The notes below the pieces were generated by a model. It ran no database searches. It saw only the letters and a program-made list of their open reading frames with translations, and had not been told where the DNA came from. The position numbers were made by a program, and so were the translations under genes. From a virus (lineage: Duplodnaviria > Caudoviricetes), in IMG/VR virus record IMGVR_UViG_3300047403_000032, positions 1 through 35,112 of that record: a stretch of 35,112 bases of DNA. The stretch is one strand, 5' to 3'. This document shows, piece by piece, positions 26,201-34,335 of the stretch; position 1 is the first letter of the stretch; every line of letters starts with the position of its first letter.

Positions 26201-26937
26201 GCTTTGGTGGCTATCGCAGCAATACGATGGACATCCTAGGATCGGCTGCTGTCCGCATCCGAGACATTGCCCAGCCGCTTGGTGAGGAACTTTCTGGCTA
26301 CAAGCGCATCATCAAGAATAAGATTGATCCCGTCACTGGCCAGTATGTCGGCATCAATGAGGATGCCATCTATCGTGAACGCGCTGCTCGCTATCTGGCT
26401 GGTCAGGAGCAGCTAGCCGAGACATACAGGGCTATCAAGCGTCTTGCTGCCAAGACAGACACCATCACGGACGACAAAATCATCAATGCCTTCCGTGCTG
26501 CTGGCGTTCCCAATAGGCTGATTGTTGGCGCTATTTTTGGCCATAAAGTACCCATGCCTCGCGGCATGGATGAAAGCGACACTCAGATAGTGGAGGAAGT
26601 TATGGCCGACCCAGAGAAGCGAAAGGACTACAAAAACCAGCTCAAGGCTAAGTCTGGGGGTAATCCTATTCACTATCAACGCCTGTTGAGGGCTCATGGT
26701 GAGTACAAGAAGAACGAAGCCCTAAAGGTGGACGGTATTACCAAGTTGTTTGGTGGTTTGGGCATTGAGGATGGAGAGCGGGCCAAGAACATCCGCTGGG
26801 CCATGAACCAACTACCCGATCAAAACGACCGCAAAGCCTTCCTGAACAAGCTATTACGCACAGGCGTAGCTACAGGAGAAGTGATGCGCCAAATCTACGA
26901 CTTGGAGCGTCAGGCTAAACGTCAGCAGGGTCAGTGA
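23263..26937 (+). CDS. large internal virion / ejection protein
   Basis: 1224 aa with Gly/Ala-rich membrane-like segments; last gene of the late arm. Confidence 0.7.
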   Translation: MPKYIINTSKGDFEVEAERQPSREEGEQLVAGMPETRQPEPQAKAPQAKDEPQEYTKVPVREQTMGELARGVAMEIGGTLASTAAGAAVLGPVGAVAGAVGGGSFFNWLRQKVEQEEGTRADISKGEIAASGVMGFIPASFGLKAIRSSTGFVKPAVIRATQGGATAMTAESVKGMIDKGELPEWQELAVAGGVGAATGGVLGAVEKRYQMAGNLIASPAIAQATQAGAGIGVGAYVYNDAIEKGDPNALPKAFLYGVATYGATHAPSVLFKTKGIEDKFSSAIVGPEAKLGKEAIGGIETYMNGLKANQTEAYNIGISVKKEIGKSSNPSQLTADVTSVLDGNASPNILPPSIRPYLERFNVLRAENSDIIAQMPIDPAQKNAILNNKTSYIRRAYAAHDPRAKREVDFDTPVTRQAYKDELVNEFMANSGVSQAEAEKIADRQMTRMLDDIGYLWSANFAGGPTNGPTSPLMRRHELSDKARAWLGEVVEPGARIANTLNAQARLVLHESHDEFMKNFLINSGIGSYTKRAGDVLLVAAESPTLHSKLKDIYVPEAWNNAYKEMLSPNLFGDGTMAKHWMSLQGFSKAMKTVGNLPEAVMPQVLGDMAIAAASFKINPADLVGAAREVGRIYGFGTKGMTAQDKVDMFKRFKKLESLGIVQSGAEAQELSTLIEQSSFAKKPKEVLDKFSRAYGFPDSFVRLAIFEQNVREIQSYSPNLGMDEIMKRAANLTNDTFPTHSRIARRFRQLTAIGAANAFGSFEYEVVRTSVNNVKHISYLMREGYRLGTSQNPVDRQIGQKMIAVAAKRSLALASVAGMTTGLAAWGSRVLGSSDQDVKDTDKIAPTFDTDKAKIVKVNRDGTYSYAPINYMMPYANMATTLGKALNGENPLPYLKTTFLGDDLGPLLTSTTEAITNTYYGTKVSVTEPRDNQLLFERVLSRAFLPQFITGTLSRIEKAARGETNKLGTKYTFEDQLLRFGGYRSNTMDILGSAAVRIRDIAQPLGEELSGYKRIIKNKIDPVTGQYVGINEDAIYRERAARYLAGQEQLAETYRAIKRLAAKTDTITDDKIINAFRAAGVPNRLIVGAIFGHKVPMPRGMDESDTQIVEEVMADPEKRKDYKNQLKAKSGGNPIHYQRLLRAHGEYKKNEALKVDGITKLFGGLGIEDGERAKNIRWAMNQLPDQNDRKAFLNKLLRTGVATGEVMRQIYDLERQAKRQQGQ

Positions 26938-27199
26938 TAAGTGCCCAAGCCTCAGCGCTTTGTGCATAATTGTAAGGGATGGCAAACTTGCCCCCGTCTA
27001 GGGAGCCCCCCACCCATTCGCACAACACATGGGGAATAGCCCCCAGCATGATGGGCTGGTCCTGAACCACCACAAAGGTCATTCTTTTCGTTTTAACGGG
27101 CACTATGCCGCCATCTGGTAGCAGACCAGCCACCTTCTCCAGATGCTCTGTAAAGCGAAATAAAGGCCTAAAGCGGCGCTTTTCGTCAGGAGGTGCCAC
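26915..27199 (-). CDS. hypothetical protein
   Basis: GTG-start 94-aa ORF filling the convergence gap; short overlaps with both neighbours. Confidence 0.35.
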   Translation of the reverse strand: MAPPDEKRRFRPLFRFTEHLEKVAGLLPDGGIVPVKTKRMTFVVVQDQPIMLGAIPHVLCEWVGGSLDGGKFAIPYNYAQSAEAWALITDPADV

Positions 27200-28055
27200 G
27201 GATGGACATCTCTACGCGATTGGAGCCGTCCTGCCTCACCAGACGTGGGGTGATTTCAAACTCAATCCAGCCCAAAGCGCAGGGGGAGCGCCCTGCATCC
27301 ACGTTGTAGGAGGCCTTCCCGTCCTCGTAAGCCTTCAGGAAGCTGCCTGTACGGCCCAGCCAAGGGGTGCGCTCCCTCACCACCACCTTGTTGCCAGCCC
27401 TCACCAGCCGCAAACGAGGGCTGTCTGGGAGGCATCCCTTCCCGTGGGTGTGGCCCATCAGGTAGATGTCAGCCTCAGCCGTCTTGGCCATCTTCTCAAT
27501 GCTGTTGAATTGCCCGCCTACGGTGGCTCCAGAGCCCTTCCCGTGGTGGCCAAAGATGTCCAGCGAGGCCCCCGTATCCTTGCCCTTGAAGGAAAAGGAC
27601 AGCCTTATCAGCGACGAAACACCCAGCCAACGAGCCCCGAGAGCATTAGCCAGAACATGGTCAGTAGTGCTCCCATCGCCAAAGTCATAATAGTGATTAC
27701 CACCAAGCAAACCAACAACCCTGCCGCGCATAAATCCAAGCTCGTTGACCAGAGTGCGTGTAACACCCTTGTAAACGTCAGCGATGGTTTTCTTGGTGGT
27801 GTCATGTAGGTGTCCATCGGATAGGGTGATTCGTTCTGAGGTGGAGATGCCGTCCGTGTAGTCGCCCATGCCTAGGAAGAGGACGTTGCCCTCCTTGCGC
27901 TTGGCCTGAGCATATCCCAAAAACTGCTCCCACTTCGTGTTGCTGAACATATCACTGTCACGATGGATATCCCCAAATGGGATAAGCGTGATGGGCTTGT
28001 CGAACTCTGCCTCTACCTTGAGGCAATGGGAGGTGAACACGCCGCTAGTCTTCAT
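27186..28055 (-). CDS. calcineurin-like metallophosphoesterase
   Basis: Motifs GDIH, MGDYTD, GNH, HHG and GHTH in canonical order. Confidence 0.88.
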   Translation of the reverse strand: MKTSGVFTSHCLKVEAEFDKPITLIPFGDIHRDSDMFSNTKWEQFLGYAQAKRKEGNVLFLGMGDYTDGISTSERITLSDGHLHDTTKKTIADVYKGVTRTLVNELGFMRGRVVGLLGGNHYYDFGDGSTTDHVLANALGARWLGVSSLIRLSFSFKGKDTGASLDIFGHHGKGSGATVGGQFNSIEKMAKTAEADIYLMGHTHGKGCLPDSPRLRLVRAGNKVVVRERTPWLGRTGSFLKAYEDGKASYNVDAGRSPCALGWIEFEITPRLVRQDGSNRVEMSIRGTS

Positions 28056-28215
28056 TGATGATGTAGGTGGTGTAGAGCCCTTGTTTGGTGATGCGGCAAG
28101 GCTGTGGGCGCGTCAGCATTTGCTCCGTGGCAGACAGCCATACTTTGGCTGGTTGTTCAATCACTTTTCTAGTTTCCGGAAGCAGGGAAACGGCGGGCCT
28201 TGCCGCTTCAAACAT
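28045..28215 (-). CDS. hypothetical protein
   Basis: ATG 1 nt after the HNH stop; 56 aa. Confidence 0.45.
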   Translation of the reverse strand: MFEAARPAVSLLPETRKVIEQPAKVWLSATEQMLTRPQPCRITKQGLYTTYIINED

Positions 28216-28216
28216 G

Positions 28217-28597
28217 TCAAGCTGGACGGCTTCTCTTTGCACGTTCCTCCTTGGTGACGGACAGGTGGCACGGCTTGCACAGGACGCGAAGACCGTCAGC
28301 CTCGCAGAACAATCGCTCAACGAACCCGCTCACGTCGCTCAGATTTCTCAACTGCCCACACGGGTTTGTGTGGTCTAACTGTGTCGCTTTCATGGGAAAC
28401 CATCCGCTGCACATCGCGCACTTGTATTCCCATTTCTGTAGCTTGGAAGGCCCGCAATACGGCCTCCTTGCGGCGTTTCTTGCCTGATAGTTTGCGGGCC
28501 AACGTATGAAGGAACGTCTTAATGTGCTTCGTAAGAAGCCCCAGAAGCGTGCCTCGGTCCATGTTCCACCTGCCCTAGTCTTTGCGGGCTTTGGCAT
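28217..28597 (-). CDS. HNH endonuclease
   Basis: CAMC...LDH..P...LRVLCKPCH zinc/HNH motifs. Confidence 0.85.
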   Translation of the reverse strand: MPKPAKTRAGGTWTEARFWGFLRSTLRRSFIRWPANYQARNAARRPYCGPSKLQKWEYKCAMCSGWFPMKATQLDHTNPCGQLRNLSDVSGFVERLFCEADGLRVLCKPCHLSVTKEERAKRSRPA

Positions 28598-28838
28598 GCA
28601 TGTGGCCGTTCTTGAACCAAGCCTTGATGGCCTCGTAGTCGTCAGGGCGATTGGCGTAGCTGCCCTTCTTGCGGACGATGTTGCTCACCGTGGTGGGCGA
28701 CAGGTTGGTGAGCTTGGCCACGTCCTTGTTGCGCCTTCCTTCAGCCGACAGCTTCAGCACCTTTATGATGAGGGCTGATGTCATAAACCCGTAGGGCTTG
28801 GGCTCCTTCTCCACCGTCACGGTTGCCGTTGCTGACAT
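28575..28838 (-). CDS. HTH DNA-binding protein
   Basis: LSAEGRRNKDVAKLTNLSPTTVSNIVR; start uncertain. Confidence 0.65.
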   Translation of the reverse strand: MSATATVTVEKEPKPYGFMTSALIIKVLKLSAEGRRNKDVAKLTNLSPTTVSNIVRKKGSYANRPDDYEAIKAWFKNGHMHAKARKD

Positions 28839-28995
28839 GTCCACGTCCTTGACGTGCTTCTCCATCAACCAGCGGATGCTTCGCATCGTGTCCGATACGT
28901 TGTACCCGAACATTGTTCCTGAATATGGTGTCATAGTTGTTGCGATAGGCTTCTGAAAAACAGTTACGAGGTGCGTCTCCTTTTCCTGCTGACAT
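28741..28995 (-). CDS. small phage protein (GKGD.PR...NYD.IF motif)
   Basis: N-terminus MSAGKGDAPRNCFSEAYRNNYDTIF; its tail overlaps the HTH gene. Confidence 0.55.
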   Translation of the reverse strand: MSAGKGDAPRNCFSEAYRNNYDTIFRNNVRVQRIGHDAKHPLVDGEARQGRGHVSNGNRDGGEGAQALRVYDISPHHKGAEAVG

Positions 28996-29122
28996 GCTTC
29001 TTCTTGGGTTGAGGTTGATGGGATTCTAATATGTTCTTTATGCAAGCAGACAGAAAATATTCTAGGTGCTCCACGCGCTTGCGTAGGCGATCAATCTCTA
29101 CGGATGCAATGTCTGCGCTCAT
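28964..29122 (-). CDS. hypothetical coiled-coil protein
   Basis: ATGA overlap; EIDRLRKRVEHLE. Confidence 0.55.
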   Translation of the reverse strand: MSADIASVEIDRLRKRVEHLEYFLSACIKNILESHQPQPKKKHVSRKRRRTS

Positions 29123-29400
29123 GTCTTGGTGGGTTGGACGCCTGTCTTTGCCCACTCGTAGCAGAGCAGGTAGCCGTGGGCGTCGATGATGTTGTCATCC
29201 TTGTGGCAATGGGACTCTCGGGACAGCTTCAGGCCCACCATCATCAGGATGGCCTCCTCTGCCGTGATGTCGTCCTTCAGCTTGTTGGCTAGGATGCCTG
29301 ACCAAATCTTGGCCGTGCGTGTGTAGTCGTCCTTGGGATTGCCATAGGAGGCGTTCCTGTCGCCAAGGACGAGGTTGATGGCTGTATCGGCGTGGTTCAT
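29119..29400 (-). CDS. DUF6378-like protein
   Basis: GDRNASYGNP...IWS...MMVGLKLSR...DNIIDAHGY. Confidence 0.8.
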   Translation of the reverse strand: MNHADTAINLVLGDRNASYGNPKDDYTRTAKIWSGILANKLKDDITAEEAILMMVGLKLSRESHCHKDDNIIDAHGYLLCYEWAKTGVQPTKT

Positions 29401-29618
29401 TCGTTCACCTTTGAAAGGACATCCGAGAGATAGTCACGCCTAATCATCTGGGCTAGTTCCTCCACTGTCTTGGGGTGGCCTTCGTTCGGCCCATGTTTAA
29501 TCATGTTGCGTAGCTCGGCATCCAAGTCGTACAGCGTGCACCAAGCGTCACCTGCATTGGATGCTCGTTGAAACTCCCACTTCTCTTCAGGAAGGTTGAA
29601 TTCAAGGACGGCTTTCAT
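29397..29618 (-). CDS. hypothetical protein
   Basis: MKAVLEFNLPEE N-terminus, common in phage ORFs; overlap coupling. Confidence 0.7.
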   Translation of the reverse strand: MKAVLEFNLPEEKWEFQRASNAGDAWCTLYDLDAELRNMIKHGPNEGHPKTVEELAQMIRRDYLSDVLSKVNE

Positions 29619-29763
29619 TGGTTACGGTTAATTCGTTTATGGTTTTAAGGGCAGCGTCAAGTTCACGCTCAAGCTGTCTAGCAAATTCGGCCTTCACCTT
29701 GTAGTGCTGTCCGCTTTGCAGGACATCAAGGATTGCTGCGTCAGTTCTCGGCGTTTGGATCAT
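29602..29763 (-). CDS. hypothetical protein
   Basis: TPRTDA...FARQLEREL motif. Confidence 0.6.
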   Translation of the reverse strand: MIQTPRTDAAILDVLQSGQHYKVKAEFARQLERELDAALKTINELTVTNESRP

Positions 29764-29947
29764 GTTGAATATCCGTGTCTGTTTTTTCAACGAGGTAGCA
29801 GTCTAGTGTTTTTGGTGATGAGAACTGGCTGATGGGTAGTCCGATTCGTGCCGCCCGCGCCTCCACTTCTGGCGTCAAGGCCCTGAAGCATTTGTCAAAC
29901 TGGACACACCCATCACCAGAACAGAAGGTCATGTCCTTGTAGGTCAT
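29741..29947 (-). CDS. small Cys-rich protein
   Basis: ATGA overlap; DMTFCSGDGC...CFRA. Confidence 0.65.
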   Translation of the reverse strand: MTYKDMTFCSGDGCVQFDKCFRALTPEVEARAARIGLPISQFSSPKTLDCYLVEKTDTDIQHDPNAEN

Positions 29948-30225
29948 ACAGCATCCTTGCTCACATCCAACACGTTTTGCCACTCTTCAATCAATGGCAG
30001 GGGTTGACCTAGACGGCTATTAGTTTTCGCAAACTCCTCTTCGATGTCACGCTTGATTATGTCGCGCACACGTTCGTCAATGAATGGCCAGACAAAGGCC
30101 AGTCTTTGGGCAAAGGCAGATGCGTGAATAGAACGTCTGCCTAGGAAGTAGCGGAAGGACCAGAACACTAGGTCGCTAGGAGTCTCGCCTATGTTTTCCA
30201 GCAGGTGTTTGTCTTTCTTTGTCAT
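29944..30225 (-). CDS. hypothetical protein
   Basis: 93 aa with FRYFLGRRS motif; overlap coupling. Confidence 0.65.
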   Translation of the reverse strand: MTKKDKHLLENIGETPSDLVFWSFRYFLGRRSIHASAFAQRLAFVWPFIDERVRDIIKRDIEEEFAKTNSRLGQPLPLIEEWQNVLDVSKDAV

Positions 30226-30398
30226 GGCTGCTCCTTCCTCGCCGCATCAAGTGCAGCCCGCAGAGCGGCGTTCTCGTTCTCTAATTCCTCCACACGCTCA
30301 TTGAGCCTACCAGCATACATCGCAACGCGCAGTCCTGTCTTATATGTCGGACGTTCTGCTGGCTTAGTGTCAGACTTATCGGACGTTTCAGTTTTCAT
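30222..30398 (-). CDS. hypothetical coiled-coil protein
   Basis: 58 aa ending VEELENENAALRAALDAARKEQP; absent from the track. Confidence 0.6.
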   Translation of the reverse strand: MKTETSDKSDTKPAERPTYKTGLRVAMYAGRLNERVEELENENAALRAALDAARKEQP

Positions 30399-30480
30399 CG
30401 AACAGATTGTCTAGGCTCACGGCCCGTTCGTGTAGGTAGTCGAAGAACGAATCAACGTAGGCCTGTTCTTCCGCACTCAT
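30388..30480 (-). CDS. 30-aa peptide
   Basis: MSAEEQAYVDSFFDYLHERAVSLDNLFDEN, preceded by GGAGG; ATGA overlap. Confidence 0.45.
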   Translation of the reverse strand: MSAEEQAYVDSFFDYLHERAVSLDNLFDEN

Positions 30481-30647
30481 TCTCCCTCCTCCTTGGTGTG
30501 AGCCGTGATTGCCAGCGTGATGAGCATGAATCCCGTCACCGACCAGCCAACTATGGTGTCGTATTTGAACGCACCAACGCACACGCATATCAGTCCGATG
30601 TAAAAGAAGGCGATGATGAGCGCCTTCTTGATGAGCTTCTCGTCCAT
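30477..30647 (-). CDS. small two-TM membrane protein
   Basis: MDEKLIKKALIIAFFYIGLICVCVG...; two hydrophobic segments. Confidence 0.6.
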   Translation of the reverse strand: MDEKLIKKALIIAFFYIGLICVCVGAFKYDTIVGWSVTGFMLITLAITAHTKEEGE

Positions 30648-30648
30648 G

Positions 30649-30846
30649 TTATTTGCCCTCCACGCATGCCGTGATGCGCTTGAGTGCTTCCTTTTCCGAG
30701 GACGAAAGCTGCTTGGAGCTGAGTATGTGGACGGCATCCCTGCATGCCGCTTTCAGTTTTGATGTCTCTGACATGAGGGACGTGGCCTTCTCCATGTAAA
30801 AGACAGCCATCTCTTGGTCTATTCCATCGTGTTCCATTGCCTTCAT
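30649..30846 (-). CDS. hypothetical protein
   Basis: 65 aa; overlap coupling. Confidence 0.6.
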   Translation of the reverse strand: MKAMEHDGIDQEMAVFYMEKATSLMSETSKLKAACRDAVHILSSKQLSSSEKEALKRITACVEGK

Positions 30847-31115
30847 TTCTTGCCTCCGTTCAGTTCGATGGCGTTGATGGTGCGGGTGCCGTTGTTCTTC
30901 AGCTTCATGTAGAGGTCAACGCTTATTACTGCCATCGCAAGCAGCATGAAGATGCTTACAATGATGAGCATGCCCTTGAAGGCAATGTCATCCAGCTTCC
31001 TGCTCTTCTGTGCAATAAGCCTGTCCTGTTCGGACCAAGCGTCCACTTGTGCTTCCATGTCGCGTCGGCTCTGAATCATTGCTGCGTACATCCTGTCGTT
31101 GTCTTTTTTGTTCAT
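30843..31115 (-). CDS. single-TM membrane protein
   Basis: GMLIIVSIFMLLAMAVISV helix. Confidence 0.6.
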   Translation of the reverse strand: MNKKDNDRMYAAMIQSRRDMEAQVDAWSEQDRLIAQKSRKLDDIAFKGMLIIVSIFMLLAMAVISVDLYMKLKNNGTRTINAIELNGGKK

Positions 31116-32455
31116 GTTGGTTGGTAGGGTAGGAACTTCGTGATGGGCCTGTCAAACATCATCCCGCATCGTCCCGTGCCATCGCTGCGGCCCTTGGCTT
31201 GGATGGCATCGACATAGATAAACCGCATGTCATTGTCCGTGAGCTGCTGCATCGTGCCGTCGGGCCGATGATCGGGAGCGTTGAGGAAGATGATGCGGTC
31301 GGCATCCTGCTCAAGGTTGCCGCTCTCACGCAGGTCGGACATGCGTGGCTCGCGGTTTTCACGTTCCACGGAGCGGCCAAGCTGGGCCAGTAGGATGATG
31401 GGAATCTCCAGCTCAATGGCTAGGTCCTTCATGGCCATTGTGAACCTGCCCAGCGCCATGTCCCGCGTCTCACCCCGTTCCTGCTGCGCGTCGTAGCGTT
31501 GCAGGTAGTCGATGGCGATGGCCTTGGGCTTGGTGATTTGGGCATATGCCTTGGCGCGTGTAACGATGTGTGAGAGCGTGCGGTCGCGGTCGTACACGTC
31601 AACACCAAGCCCCTTGATGTTCTTCAGTTCATCCGCAAACGAGGCCATGTCGGCATGGCTGACACGCTGGTTGAGGATTTCCCGCCATGAAATGCCCGTG
31701 TTGGATTGGGCAAAGAGCGGAGCAATCTGCTTCACGGTCATCTCGCGGGAGAAGAGCAACACCTTCCCATCCTTGGCCCAGTGCTGGATGATTTGGCGGC
31801 AGCATGAACTCTTGCCCATTCCTGGCCTCGCCGCAATGATGATGAGCTCTCCCGCCTTGGCTAGGCCGAAGCGCTTGTCCCAGTCGGGCCAAGGGAAACC
31901 GATGCCAACGTCCTTTGTGCTGTAGGTGCCATCTTGGATGCGTGCCAGCAGCGCATTGGCCTCGTCCGCAGCCTCAGCCACCGTCTCCTGCCTGACGCCA
32001 GCATGATGCTTGGAGATGAGGTTGTTCACTTCCGTGGCAAACTCCTCCACGCTGCCTGAGCGGGTGGCAATCTTCTCCTTCATCTTCACGCAGGAGAGGT
32101 ACACCTCCCGCATGACGTAATGGTGCCTCACCGTCTCAATCCAATAGCCCAGCTTGGCGGTGGTGAGAGCTTGCTCGCTCATCTCAACGAGGCCAGCCAG
32201 CCCGCCCACCTCCTCCAGTTTGTTCATGCGCTTCAGCTCTTCAGCCAAGGCATACAGTTCAAGCGGCTTGTTGTTCTTGTGCTGCCATTGCAGGGCACGC
32301 CACATCTTCCGATGCTGCGGAACATGGAAGCAGTCCTCAGTTATTTTGCCCTCCATCGCCTTGTTGAGCGAGGCAACGCCGTCCATGAGGACACAGGCGA
32401 TGATGATGCGTTCGCCCTCGTCTGAGTAGGGCAGGTTTTCAACTATTGATGTCAT
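31112..32455 (-). CDS. dnaB: replicative DNA helicase (DnaB family)
   Basis: N-terminal DnaB domain, ARPGMGKS, FSREM, IDYLQ, LAQLGR, LRESGNLEQDAD. Confidence 0.95.
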   Translation of the reverse strand: MTSIVENLPYSDEGERIIIACVLMDGVASLNKAMEGKITEDCFHVPQHRKMWRALQWQHKNNKPLELYALAEELKRMNKLEEVGGLAGLVEMSEQALTTAKLGYWIETVRHHYVMREVYLSCVKMKEKIATRSGSVEEFATEVNNLISKHHAGVRQETVAEAADEANALLARIQDGTYSTKDVGIGFPWPDWDKRFGLAKAGELIIIAARPGMGKSSCCRQIIQHWAKDGKVLLFSREMTVKQIAPLFAQSNTGISWREILNQRVSHADMASFADELKNIKGLGVDVYDRDRTLSHIVTRAKAYAQITKPKAIAIDYLQRYDAQQERGETRDMALGRFTMAMKDLAIELEIPIILLAQLGRSVERENREPRMSDLRESGNLEQDADRIIFLNAPDHRPDGTMQQLTDNDMRFIYVDAIQAKGRSDGTGRCGMMFDRPITKFLPYQPT

Positions 32456-33261
32456 GTTGTGCGCGGGTCGTATTCGTAACGATGACGCCAGATGGCACAG
32501 GCATGCAGGAACATGTCGAGCTCCTTCTTCAGCGTGTTGTGGTCATACTCCACCACGTCAATGCGGCCAGCCTCAGTGGTGCTGACGTAGATGTTCATGC
32601 CGAAGTGGAACTCCAGCGGAACGCCACCGCTCAGCCAATGCGAAGACAGGTAGGCGGCAATCTGCGCGGCATGCCCCTGCTTGGGGATGATGGGTTCATC
32701 CTCTTTCGTCTTCGTGCTCTTGAAGTCAACGATGCCGTATTGCATCTGCCCATCCTTGACGCGGGTAACAACAAGGTCGGTGGTGCCAGCGAAGCCATGC
32801 TTCTTGCACACCGTCGTCAGCTCCGTGTTCTGAATCGCCAAGCCCAGCTCATTCACCCTGTCTGATGCGGACATGGCGCATTGCAGCGCCGTCGCATTGC
32901 TTGCCTCAATGGGCTTGCTTGAAAGGAGCTGCTCAATGTTGGCATGTATCTGCGTGCCCAAGTCGGCGGCATCACTCACCTCATCGAACGCCTTGCCCAA
33001 GATGGCATGGACATACTCGTCCATCTTCTCATCCGCAATGGGCGGCTGCTTGAAGCAAGCCTCGGCCACCTTGCTCATCTTCCAGCGGTCAAGGGCTGGG
33101 TTGGACAGCACCTTCAGGATGCTGCTCACGGATGGGAAGAGCTTCTGCTCCCGCGCATCCTTGATGTTCGTGGCCCGTGTCGCGTTCTTCGCACCCTTCT
33201 TCGTGGGCTGCGTGTGCGCGGGCTTCCCGCTTACGTCATACCAATGCAAACTCTCATTCAT
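32452..33261 (-). CDS. PD-(D/E)XK exonuclease
   Basis: PSVSSIL, GTQIH, FAGTTDL, DFKS, QIAAY; ATG at 33261 lies after the terminator. Confidence 0.85.
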   Translation of the reverse strand: MNESLHWYDVSGKPAHTQPTKKGAKNATRATNIKDAREQKLFPSVSSILKVLSNPALDRWKMSKVAEACFKQPPIADEKMDEYVHAILGKAFDEVSDAADLGTQIHANIEQLLSSKPIEASNATALQCAMSASDRVNELGLAIQNTELTTVCKKHGFAGTTDLVVTRVKDGQMQYGIVDFKSTKTKEDEPIIPKQGHAAQIAAYLSSHWLSGGVPLEFHFGMNIYVSTTEAGRIDVVEYDHNTLKKELDMFLHACAIWRHRYEYDPRTT

Positions 33262-33293
33262 GTCGTGTCCTTTCCTAGCTTGGCGTAGTTTTG

Positions 33294-33331
33294 AAAAAAG
33301 GGGGCGAGGCTTACGCCCACCCCGCCCCCTT
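33294..33331 (-). terminator. Rho-independent terminator after the SSB-like gene
   Basis: GGGGGCG...GGC-GTAA-GCC...CGCCCCC followed by T6 on the - strand. Confidence 0.8.
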
Positions 33332-33346
33332 ATCCACATGGCTAAA

Positions 33347-33967
33347 TCAGAACGGACCTGAGGAAGTGTCCTCGTCCGGTGCGGCTGTCAAGGCCTCAGT
33401 GATGTTTCCACCAGAGCGTGCCTTGTATTCCTCCGAGGAAACAATCTTCGCACCAATCCACTCGGGGATGCCCTGCGGGATGGTGATGGCACCCTCATCC
33501 GGAATCGTCCAATGGATGGTGTCAGCGGACGGCTTCAAGGGCTGCATCCCCTTCACCAGAGGAACAACACCTTGGATGCGGGCATACACCTTGGACGGGT
33601 CAGCCTTGCCCTGCTTGTGCACGATGTTGAGCTGGCAATTCGCCCCGATGATGTTCTTCAGGTCGAAGCCGTTGAGCTCCTCATTCGTGAAGGGCTTGCC
33701 CCGCCAGCTCTCAAGGACGGCACGGAGCGTGGCCTTCTTGCCAATGCTGGCCGTGTATTCCGAAGAGATGACACGCGGCTTGGGGCCTTCTCCCGTGTTG
33801 ATGGTTTCATGGGGCAGTTCCCAAAGAATCATCACCTTCCGCGAGGGGCGGAACGTGGGATTGCCGGGGTCCTGCGTGCCAATGTCAATGACGGCATAAC
33901 AAACGGCATGGTGGACACCAGCCGGTACGGGATCACTCTGTTTGCTTGAACCAGCGTTTACTTTCAT
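33347..33967 (-). CDS. SSB-like / phage replication protein
   Basis: AVCYAVIDIGTQ...LRAVLESWRG...IIGANCQL OB-like core; acidic tail ending PF. Confidence 0.7.
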   Translation of the reverse strand: MKVNAGSSKQSDPVPAGVHHAVCYAVIDIGTQDPGNPTFRPSRKVMILWELPHETINTGEGPKPRVISSEYTASIGKKATLRAVLESWRGKPFTNEELNGFDLKNIIGANCQLNIVHKQGKADPSKVYARIQGVVPLVKGMQPLKPSADTIHWTIPDEGAITIPQGIPEWIGAKIVSSEEYKARSGGNITEALTAAPDEDTSSGPF

Positions 33968-34013
33968 GGGTTGTTTTGGTTTTGGTTTGGTTGCTCCCCA
34001 GACGAGGGGAAAA

Positions 34014-34295
34014 TTAGTTGTTCTCGGCCTTCATCATGGCCATCGCTTGCTTGGTGGCCTTCTGTGCCGAGTTGAATGAGTCCATCCAACGCTTGGCCTT
34101 GTCCACCACTTCCTGCTGTTCAGCGCAAGTGGGTTGTTCAAAACGGGAGAGGAATCCCTCGATGATGCTGCTTGCCGCAACAAGACAGCTTCTCACTCCC
34201 GTCACCATTTCAAGAGGCATAGCAACGTATGCCTCGCATGACTCAAACTCAGCTTTCCTAGTGTTGTCTTTCATACGGGACGGAGCTTGGCTCAT
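34014..34295 (-). CDS. hypothetical protein
   Basis: 93-aa helical ORF; start uncertain. Confidence 0.55.
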   Translation of the reverse strand: MSQAPSRMKDNTRKAEFESCEAYVAMPLEMVTGVRSCLVAASSIIEGFLSRFEQPTCAEQQEVVDKAKRWMDSFNSAQKATKQAMAMMKAENN

Positions 34296-34335
34296 TCAGG
34301 CTCCGCTTGCAAGATTTATTTTCAGATTTCTTTTG

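Noticed and set aside
32452-33261. Cas4 / CRISPR-linked nuclease
   Set aside because: No four-Cys Fe-S motif pattern and no array; it fits an ordinary phage PD-(D/E)XK exonuclease between SSB and helicase.
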